Below the pieces are notes generated by a model. The model saw nothing but the letters and a program-made list of their open reading frames with translations, did no database searches and was not told the DNA's origin. 64,000 nt of DNA, from assembly GCA_047602405.1 (NCBI GenBank), contig JASGHJ010000002.1, positions 2,176,001 through 2,240,000 of the forward strand. The letters run 5' to 3'. Source of the DNA: Anaeromyxobacteraceae bacterium. Its GTDB lineage: Bacteria; Myxococcota; Myxococcia; Myxococcales; Anaeromyxobacteraceae. The position numbers were made by a program, and so were the translations under genes. Below are positions 55,653 to 64,000 of this stretch, piece by piece (position 1 is the first letter of the stretch; the number at the start of each line of letters is the position of its first letter).

Positions 55653-58389
55653 ATGCGCTGCTCCTTCCTCCTCGCGGTGGCCCTCGCGGCCGCGCCCGGG
55701 CCCGCGCCACGCGCCGGCGAGCCGCCGCGCCTCGAGGGCACCGCCTGGCTCGAGGATCCCACCGGCGCGCTGGGCCCCGGCGACGTGCTCGCCCTTCCCC
55801 CGTCCTCGCTCCGCCCGCTCGTGGGCACGGCGAGCGCCGGGTTCGGCAGGTCGCCGCGCTGGATCCGCGCCGAGCTCGTGAACCCGCGGGTCGAGTCCGC
55901 CGACGCGGTGCTCGCGTTCGAGTTCCCGCTCGTCGACACCCTCGATTCTGTTCCTCGCGCGCGGCGAGGGCGGCTTCGAGGCCCGGGCCGGCGGCCTGGG
56001 CCGGTCCACGGGGACGCGGGCGATCGCGTTCAGCGCGGGGGCGCACGTCACGACGATCCGGCTCGCCCCGGGCGAGCGCAGGGCGCTCGCGCTCCGGATC
56101 CGGACCCCGAGCGCCGGCTTCCTCGGGCTCGGGGCCTACGACGCGGACGGGTGGCGGCGCCGGCAGCTCGTGCTCGTGCTGTCGGCCCTGGGCGTCGGCG
56201 GCCTCCTCGTCCTGCTCGTCCTGTCGGCGCGGTTCGGCCTGCGCCGGCGGCGCCGGCTGGACCTCGACGCCTGGGCCTTCCTCGCCTGCCAGACGGTGCA
56301 CGTGGGAGTGGCCTCGGGCCTCGTCCCGACCCTCCTCGAGCTGCCGCCCGCCGCGCTCGCGGGCGGGAAGGCGCTGTTCGCCGGCGTCTCCGCGGGCGCG
56401 GGCGTGCTGTTCCTGCGCGCCTTCGCCGACACCCGGGCCCGGCGCCCCCTGCTCGACCGCGTGCTCGTCGCGGGCGCGGCGCTCGCGTTCGCCGCGAACC
56501 TCCTCCTCCCGTTCGACCTCGTCGCCGGCAACCTCGCGGTCAGCTGGACCGGCCTCCTCGCCATCGGGCTCGCCGCGGTCGGCCTCGGCGAGGCGCTCCT
56601 CTCCGGCCAGAAGGCCGCGCGCACGCTCCTGCCCGGCCTGGTGCTCTTCGCGGGCGCCACCGGGTGGTACCTCCTGTCGCTCGTGACGCTCGCGCCGCCC
56701 TCGCCGTACGTGGTGCTCGTCGAGACCCTCGGCGCGGTGGTGACGGGCGTCTTCATCACGCTCGCGATCTCGCGGCAGGACGAGCTCGAGGTGGGGTCCC
56801 GGACCGGCGCGCTCGAGGCGCTCGTCGCGGAGCGGACCTCCGGGCTGCGCGAGGCGCTCGGCGCGCTCCAGGCCGAGAGCGCCGAGCGCCGGGACGCCGA
56901 GGAGCGCTTCCGGCTGGCCTTCGGCACGAGCCCCGACCCCATGGTGATCACCCGCCTGCGGGACGGGCTCGTGCTCGCGGTCAACCACGGCTTCTGCGCG
57001 CTCCACGGCGTCGCCGAGGCGGGCGTGCTCGGGCGCACCGTGGTCGACCTCGGGCTCTGGCTGGACGCCGGCGCGCGCGCCCGGTTCACGGCCCAGCTCG
57101 CGGCGATCGGCGCGGTGCGCGACTTCGAGGCGGTCTTCCGGGGCGCCGGCGGGGAGGCGCGCACCTGCCTCGTCACCGCGGGCGTCCTGCGCCAGGGCGG
57201 CGTCGACTACGTGTTCTCGGCCGGCAAGGACGTCACCGAGGCGCGGGCCACCGCCGCGCGGCGCCAGCGCCTCGAGGAGGACCTCCGGCAGGCCCAGAAG
57301 CTCGAGGCGGTCGGCCGGCTCGCGGCCGGGGTCGCCCATGACTTCAACAACCTCCTCACCGCCATCAGCGCGAACGTGGGCATGGCGCACGCGAGCCTGG
57401 CCATCGACCAGGCCGATCGCGAGCACCTCGACGACGCGCTCGAGGCGGTGCGCCGGGCGACCGGGCTGACGCGGCAGCTCCTCACCTTCACCCGGCGGCA
57501 GGCGACCGCCCCGAGGCCCGTGGACCTCGACGAGCTCGTGCGGGGCATGGCCCGCATGCTCGGGCGCCTCCTCGGCGAGGACGTCCACCTCGACCTCGCC
57601 CTCGCGGGCGGCCTCCCGCGCGTCCAGGCCGACCCGGGCCAGCTCGAGCAGGTGGTCCTCAACCTCGTGCTCAACGCCCGCGACGCCGTCGGGCCGGGCG
57701 GCCGCATCGTGCTCTCGACGGGCCTCGACCGCGGCGACGGCACCGGTGGCCGGATACGCCTCACCGTCCGCGACGACGGCGCCGGCATGGACGGCCCCAC
57801 GCTCTCCCGGATCTTCGAGCCCTTCTTCACGACGAAGCCCTCGGGCCAGGGGACCGGGCTCGGGCTCTCGACCGTCTACGGCATCGTGCAGGCCCACGGC
57901 GGCTCGATCGTCGTCCACTCCGAGCCGGGCCGCGGCTCGACGTTCGAGGTGTTCCTCGCGGCGCTGCCCGAGGGGACCCGCACGCCGGTGCCCGCGGGCG
58001 CCGCGCGGGCGCCGCTCGGCACCGGCGAGACCGTGCTCGTCGTGGAGGACACCGACATGGTGCGGGAGGCGGCCCGCGCCGCGCTCCGCCGCGCCGGCTA
58101 CCAGGTCCTCGCCGCCGCGAGCGGCCCCGAGGCCCTCGAGCGGCTGGCCGCGCACGCGGGGCCGGTGCACCTCCTCCTCACCGACGTCCGGATGCCCGGG
58201 ATGAACGGCCCGGAGGTGGCGACCCAGGTCAGGCTCGCGCGCCCGGACGTGAAGGTCCTCTTCATGACCGGCTACGGCGGCGAGGTGCTCGACGACGCCC
58301 ACGTGGACCCGCGCGACATCGTCGAGAAGCCATTCGCCCTCGACGAGCTCGCCCGGCGCGTGCGCGAGCGGCTCAGCCGCCCGGCGTGA
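55653..58389 (+). CDS. Hybrid sensor kinase (7TM-DISM-like sensor, PAS, HisKA, HATPase, REC); one frameshift at ~55946
   Basis: Signal peptide and WLEDPTG..W in the first frame; AHDFNNLL, NLVLNARDA, EPFFTTK, GTGLGL, VLVVED..LLTDVRMP. Confidence 0.87.
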
Positions 58390-61300
58390 CGCGGTCGCGG
58401 CGGCCGAGCTGGAGCCCCTGCGCCCCCGGGGTGAAGCCCGCGGCGACGAGGTAGGCCGCGAGGGGGTGCGCCGGCGCAGGGGCGCCGTCGATCTCCTCGA
58501 CGAGCGCGCCCTCCTGGCGGGCCTGGGCCGCGCGCGCGAGCTCCGCCACCGCGCCCGCCACCGCCTGGCCCACCCGGGAGCGCTCCGGCTCCTCCTCCGG
58601 CAGGAACGCGAGCAGCTGGCGCCCGCCCTTCGCGACCCACGCCCCGGGCGCGCCGTCCACCAGCACCACCTGCGCCCCGACCGCGCGCGCTGGGCGCCGC
58701 GTCGCCTCCGGCCGCGCGGCCGGCCACTCGAGCGCGGCGCCCCACGGGTTCGCGGGATCCGTCGCCGACAGCACCACCACCTCGGGCACCTCGGGCGGCG
58801 CCCGCAGCGAGCGGAGGAGATCCAGCACCGCGGGCTGCGCGAACTGCAGCGCGCCCACCCCCGCCACGAAGTAGCCGCGCCGGATCCGGCCGCTCTCCTC
58901 GAGGTGCCGGAGCACGTCGTAGACGGCGGAGAACCCGCCCGGCAGCCCCTCCCACGCCGCGATCCCGCGGGTGACGACCCCGTGGCGCGCGAGGAGCTGC
59001 TGGGCCATCGCCGCGCTCCACTCGGTGGGGCTCGGCCGCTCGGCGCCGGCTCGCCGGGCCTCGACGAGCGTCCAGCGGCCGCCGCCCGCGGGCGGCGTCG
59101 CGAGCCGCGACCGGAAGCGCTCGGGGCGCCCGGTCGCGACGCGGCGGGCCCGCTCGCGCGCGCCGCCCGGCCCGGCGGCGTAGGCGCGCAGCGCCTGGAA
59201 CGTGTCGTTCGTGACCAGCCCGCGCCACACGAGGCTCCAGAGGGCGTCGAGGGTGGCCTGCTCGTAGCCGCCACCGCACGCGGCGTGGAGCTCCGGGAAG
59301 AAGGAGGCGCCGCGCGCGGCGAGGTGCTCGAGGAGCGCCGCCTCCCGCCCCTCCGGCGGCGGGCCGGCGGGCGCACCCGGCGGCAGGAGGCGCGGCAGCG
59401 CGTCCGCGAGGTAGAGGGCCACCCGCCCGTCGCGCTCGCCGAGCGGCTCGAGCCCCACCCAGGCCACCTCGCCGCCCGCGGCGAGCCGGTCGAGGTCGCC
59501 GCGGAGGTAGCCGTCCACGCGCGCCGGCAGGAGCTCCGTCTCGAGCAGCGACGCCGCGAGCGGCGCGCCCTGCAGCTTCTCGACCGCGTCGAGCACCGCG
59601 TCGAGGCCCCGCCCGCGCCGCACGACGCCGTGCCAGCTCGCGAGGAGCCGCCCGAGCACGGGGGGCTCCACCGGCTCCACCTCCTCGCGCAGGCGCGCGA
59701 GCGAGCGGCGCCTGAGCGAGCGGAGCACCTCCGGATCGCACCACTCCCGCTCGGTGCCGTGCGGGCGGAAGGCGCCCTCGAGGAGCCGGCCCCGCGCGTG
59801 GAGGCGGCGCAGCACCTCCTCGGCCGCGGCCCGGGCGAGGCCGAACCGCGCCGCGAGGTCGCCGGTCGGGAACGGGGCGTGGCGGCGGGCCCACCGCGCG
59901 GCGAGGCCGTCGAGCGCGTCCGGGACCGGCCCGAGCAGCGCCTCCGGGATGCCGGGCGGCAGCGGCACCCCGAGGCCGTCGCGGTAGCGCGCCGCGTCCT
60001 CCACCGCGCAGAGCCGCTCCTCCCCCGCGACCCGGAGCGGCACCGCCCGCCGCTCCTCCACGAGCCGGTCCACCGCCGCGGCGACCTCCGGGGTCGCGGA
60101 CCGCGCCACGAGCTCCGCGCGGGTGAGGTCGCCGAGGCGCAGGAGCAGGTCGGCGAGGCCGTCCACGCTCCGGGCGCGCAGCTCCGGGTCGAGGTGCTGG
60201 AGCTGGGCCTCGAGCGCCGCCATCGAGTCGGCGTCGAGGAGCTCGCGCAGCTCGGCCTCGCCGAGGAGCGCCCGGAGCTGCGCCTGGTCGATCGCGAGGG
60301 CCTGGGCCTTGCGCTCGGCGAGCGGCGCGTCGCCGTCGTAGATGAAGCTCGCGACGAAGCCGAAGAGCAGCGACGCGGCGAAGGGCGAGGGCACGCGCGA
60401 GTCGACGGTCACGGTCCGCACCCGCCGGCCGCGCACGTCGCGGAGCAGCTCGACGAGCGCCGGCAGGTCGAACTGGTCCTGGAGGCACTCGCGGTAGGCC
60501 TCGAGCAGGATCGGGAAGCCCGGGTAGCGGGAGGCGACGTTGAGGAGGTCGGAGGCGCGCTTGCGCTGCTGCCAGAGCGGGGTCCGCTGCCCGGGGCGGC
60601 GGCGCGGGAGCAGCAGCGCGCGGCCGGAGGCCTCCCGGAAGCGGGCCGCGAAGAGCGCGCTCGCGCCGAGCTGGCGCACGACGAGGTCCTCGGCCTCCTC
60701 CGGGTCCGGGAACAGGAAGGAGACGTCGGGCGGCTGATCGGACTCCGGCATCCGCAGCGCGAAGCCGTCGTTCGTCCAGAGGAGCTCGGGATCGACCCCG
60801 TCGCGCTCGCGCAGCCGCGCCGCCGCCGCCATCGACCACGGCGCGAGCACCTGCCCGCCGAAGGGCGTGAGCAGGCACACCCGCCAGTCGCCGTACTCGT
60901 CCCGCGTGCGCTCCACGACGATCGTCCGGTCGTCCGGCACCGCCTTCGTGGCCGCCTCCTGGTCCTCGAGGAACCGGAGCAGGTTCTCGGCCGCGCCGGG
61001 GTCGAGCCGGTGGCGGGCGACGAGCCGGTCACGCGCCGCCGTGCGCGGCACCTCGCGCAGCTCGCGCACGAGCCGCCCGATGCGCCGGCCGAGCTCGAGC
61101 GGGCGCCCGACCTGGTCGCCCTTCCAGAAGGGCATCTTCCCCGGCTCGCCCGGGGCGGGCGAGACGAGCACCCGGTCGTGCGTGATCTCCTCGATGCGCC
61201 AGGTCGAGGCGCCGAGGAGGAACGTCTCCCCGGGGCGCGACTCGAACACCATCTCCTCGTCGAGCTCGCCGACCCGGGTCCGCCCGGCCTTCTCGCCGCC

Positions 61301-62893
61301 GGCGAGGAACACGCCGTAGAGCCCGCGATCCGGGATGGTGCCGGCGTTCACGACCGCGACCCGCTTCGCGCCCTCCCGCGCCCGGAGCACGCCGGCCACG
61401 CGGTCCCAGGTCACGCGCGGCCGGAGCTCCGCGAACTCGTCGGACGGGTACCGGCCGGAGAGCATGTCGAGGACGTTCTCGAACGTGCTCGCGGCGAGGC
61501 CGGCGAACGGGGCGGCGCCGCGCACGCGGGCGAGGAGCGCCTCGGCCGGCCAGTCCTCCGCGGAGACCATCGCCACGACCTGCTGCGCGAGCACGTCGAG
61601 CGGGTTCCGCGGGTAGCGCGTCGCCTCGACCTCGCCCTCCTCCATCGCCGCGGTGAGCGCCGCGCAGGCGACGAGGTCGGCCCGGAACTTCGGGAAGAGC
61701 ACCCCGCGGCTCGTCGCCCCCACGTGGTGGCCGCCGCGGCCGATGCGCTGCATCCCGCTCGCGACCGACGGCGGCGCCTCGATCTGCACCACGAGGTCGA
61801 TCGCGCCCATGTCGATGCCGAGCTCGAGCGAGGAGGTCGCGACGAGACCCCGCACCTTGCCGGCCTTGAGCGCGTCCTCGATGGCGAGCCGCTGGGGGCG
61901 GGCGATGGAGCCGTGGTGGGCGTAGACGAGGTTCTCGCCGGCGAGCTCGTTGAGCGCCGCCGCGAGCCGCTCGGCCACGCGGCGCGAGTTCACGAAGACG
62001 AGCGTGCTCCGGTGGGCGCGCACGAGCTCGAGCAGCCGCGGGTGGATCGCCGTCCAGATCGACGCGCGCTGGGTCCCGGAGGCCGGCCCGTCGGGCACCT
62101 CGAGCGGCTCGCCGAGCCGCGCCATGTCCTCGACCGGCACCTCGACCTTGAGCTCGAGCGCCTTCTTCGCCCCGGCGTCGACGACCGTGACCGGGCGCCA
62201 GGCGGGGGGCGCCTCGACGCCGCCGGGCTCCGCCGGCGCCGTGCCGCCGAGGAACCGCGCGACCTCGTCGAGCGGCCGCTGGGTCGCGGAGAGGCCGATC
62301 CGCTGCAGCGGCCGGCCCACGAGCGCCTCGAGCCGCTCGAGCGAGAGCGCGAGGTGGGCGCCGCGCTTCGTCGGGACGAGCGCGTGGATCTCGTCGACGA
62401 TGACGGTCTCCACCGCGCGCAGCGCCTCCCGGCTCCGCGAGGTCAGGAGGAGGTACAGCGACTCGGGCGTGGTGATGAGGATGTCGGCCGGGTCGCGCGC
62501 GAGGCGGGCGCGCTCCTTCGGCGGGGTGTCGCCCGTGCGCACGGCGACCGCGGGGGCGCGGTGGGGCTCGCCCGCCGCGGCGGCGGTCCGGACGATGCCG
62601 GCGAGCGGGGCGCGCAGGTTCCGCTCCACGTCCACCGCGAGGGCCTTGAGCGGCGACACGTACACGACCCGCAGCCGGCTGCGGCGCTCCGGCTCGGGCG
62701 AGAAGACGAGGCGGTCGAGGCAGGCCAGGAAGGCGGCCAGGGTCTTCCCGGAGCCGGTCGGGGCGAGGAGGAGCGTCGATTCGCCGCGGGCGATGGCCGG
62801 CCACGCGAGCGCCTGCGCGCGGGTCGGCGCGCCGAACGCCCCCTCGAACCACGTGCGCACCGCCGGCCGGAACGACGCCAGGGCGGAGGACAT
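58373..62893 (-). CDS. lhr: Lhr-family ATP-dependent helicase (long form)
   Basis: APTGSGKT, SPLKAL, TTPESL, DEIH, LSAT, HHGS, TSSLELGIDMG, QRIGR, C-terminal ATDPANPWG. Confidence 0.93.
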   Translation of the reverse strand: MSSALASFRPAVRTWFEGAFGAPTRAQALAWPAIARGESTLLLAPTGSGKTLAAFLACLDRLVFSPEPERRSRLRVVYVSPLKALAVDVERNLRAPLAGIVRTAAAAGEPHRAPAVAVRTGDTPPKERARLARDPADILITTPESLYLLLTSRSREALRAVETVIVDEIHALVPTKRGAHLALSLERLEALVGRPLQRIGLSATQRPLDEVARFLGGTAPAEPGGVEAPPAWRPVTVVDAGAKKALELKVEVPVEDMARLGEPLEVPDGPASGTQRASIWTAIHPRLLELVRAHRSTLVFVNSRRVAERLAAALNELAGENLVYAHHGSIARPQRLAIEDALKAGKVRGLVATSSLELGIDMGAIDLVVQIEAPPSVASGMQRIGRGGHHVGATSRGVLFPKFRADLVACAALTAAMEEGEVEATRYPRNPLDVLAQQVVAMVSAEDWPAEALLARVRGAAPFAGLAASTFENVLDMLSGRYPSDEFAELRPRVTWDRVAGVLRAREGAKRVAVVNAGTIPDRGLYGVFLAGGEKAGRTRVGELDEEMVFESRPGETFLLGASTWRIEEITHDRVLVSPAPGEPGKMPFWKGDQVGRPLELGRRIGRLVRELREVPRTAARDRLVARHRLDPGAAENLLRFLEDQEAATKAVPDDRTIVVERTRDEYGDWRVCLLTPFGGQVLAPWSMAAAARLRERDGVDPELLWTNDGFALRMPESDQPPDVSFLFPDPEEAEDLVVRQLGASALFAARFREASGRALLLPRRRPGQRTPLWQQRKRASDLLNVASRYPGFPILLEAYRECLQDQFDLPALVELLRDVRGRRVRTVTVDSRVPSPFAASLLFGFVASFIYDGDAPLAERKAQALAIDQAQLRALLGEAELRELLDADSMAALEAQLQHLDPELRARSVDGLADLLLRLGDLTRAELVARSATPEVAAAVDRLVEERRAVPLRVAGEERLCAVEDAARYRDGLGVPLPPGIPEALLGPVPDALDGLAARWARRHAPFPTGDLAARFGLARAAAEEVLRRLHARGRLLEGAFRPHGTEREWCDPEVLRSLRRRSLARLREEVEPVEPPVLGRLLASWHGVVRRGRGLDAVLDAVEKLQGAPLAASLLETELLPARVDGYLRGDLDRLAAGGEVAWVGLEPLGERDGRVALYLADALPRLLPPGAPAGPPPEGREAALLEHLAARGASFFPELHAACGGGYEQATLDALWSLVWRGLVTNDTFQALRAYAAGPGGARERARRVATGRPERFRSRLATPPAGGGRWTLVEARRAGAERPSPTEWSAAMAQQLLARHGVVTRGIAAWEGLPGGFSAVYDVLRHLEESGRIRRGYFVAGVGALQFAQPAVLDLLRSLRAPPEVPEVVVLSATDPANPWGAALEWPAARPEATRRPARAVGAQVVLVDGAPGAWVAKGGRQLLAFLPEEEPERSRVGQAVAGAVAELARAAQARQEGALVEEIDGAPAPAHPLAAYLVAAGFTPGAQGLQLGRRDRVTPGG

Positions 62894-63042
62894 CGTCGTC
62901 CCGTCCGAGCGTCCCTGCCCTCCGGAGCCTGCCATTCGGATGTTTGTAACCGATCCCCCCGTCGCGGGCCCGGGTGCGCGCGCCCGCCCCGCATGTTCGG
63001 TGGCGCGCGCGGCCGGCGCCTGCGAGGCTGGGGATCCCGCGC

Positions 63043-64000
63043 ATGGCGAGCTTTCCCCAGACCCTCGCGACGACCGGCCGCAACGCCGCGCCGGCCCTCG
63101 TGCTCGCGACGGCGCTCGTCGCGACGGGGCTCTCCTACCTCTCGGCGCGCTCCGTCGCGGACGTCCAGGTGGCGCGGCGGTTCGAGGACATCGGCGAGGG
63201 CGCGACGGGCGCGCTGCGGCAGCGGATGGACGCGTACCTCCTCATGCTCCGGTCGCTCGCCGGGCTCTCGAACGCGCTCGACCGGGCGCCCACCCGCGCC
63301 GAGTTCCGCGCCCAGTACGAGGCCCTCGAAGCGGCCTCGCACTTCCCGGGCATCCAGGGGCTCGGATGGGTGACCTTGCTCTCCCCGGGGAGCTCGAGGC
63401 GCACGAGCGCGCGGTGCGGGCCACCGGGATCCCGGGCTACCGGGTCTGGCCCCCCGGCCCGCGCGCGGTGATGACGAGCATCGTCCACATCGAGCCGCTC
63501 GACTGGCGCAACCAGCGCGCGGTCGGGTTCGACATGTACTCGGAGCCCGTCCGCCGCGAGGCGATGGAGCGCGCCCGGGACACCGGGCAGCCCGCCGCCA
63601 CCGGCCGGGTCGAGCTCGTCCAGGAGGCTGGCGCGACCCGGCAGGCAGGCTTCCTCGTCTACCTGCCCGTCTACCGCGGCGGCGACCCGCCGGAGACCTT
63701 GGAGGAGCGTCGGGCGCGCCTCATCGGGTGGGTCTACGCGCCCTTCCGGGCCGGCGACCTGCTCGCGGGCACCCTCGCCGTCGCCGACATCCCCGGGATG
63801 CGGCTCGACATACACGACGGCCAGGGCGCGGAGCCGGGGACGCTCCTCGCGGCGCTGGGCGAGCCCGAGGCGGCGGAGCCGCCGGTGCGCGTGCGGGTCA
63901 CGCACGTGGAGGTGGGCGGCCGCACGTGGACGCTGCGCCTCTCGGCCGGGCCCGCCTTCGCGCAGCCCGCCGAGCGCCAGCTCCCGCGCATCGTGGCGGC
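63043..64000 (+). CDS. CHASE-domain sensor protein (partial); one frameshift at ~63390
   Basis: N-terminal TM, FPGIQGLGW, then IEPLDWRNQRAVGFDMYSEPVRREAM..ARDTG, ELVQE, GFLVYLPVY; runs off the window. Confidence 0.85.

Overview
A very GC-rich bacterial chromosome segment. Gene content, HDOD and TIGR02265-like proteins and repeat families point to Anaeromyxobacter-like Myxococcota (inference). About 55 CDS: metabolism (acs, GH57, thiD, cimA-leuB, PPi-type PFK, malate synthase-like, ald, serC), DNA repair (AlkD-like, Lhr, Fpg/Nei), a second EF-G, several sensor kinases, and a small atypical islet with a damaged DUF222-like/HNH gene. I recognised no rRNA, tRNA or CRISPR array. The main hidden signal is UGA recoding. 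An unannotated 199-aa minus-strand protein (9302-8703) has two in-frame UGA codons in a U-x7-U motif, each followed by a SECIS-like hairpin, and lies upstream of a small helical protein and two tandem HDOD proteins. A second selenoprotein (AhpC/TSA-like, UxxC) is at 39411-39942. Other signals: two families of structured REP-like repeats with compensatory stem changes (one copy inside a 110-bp MITE-like element), a ~200-bp hexamer microsatellite, many apparently leaderless genes, and about 12 frameshifts clustered at GATC and GAAGAG/CTCTTC, most likely motif-linked sequencing errors.
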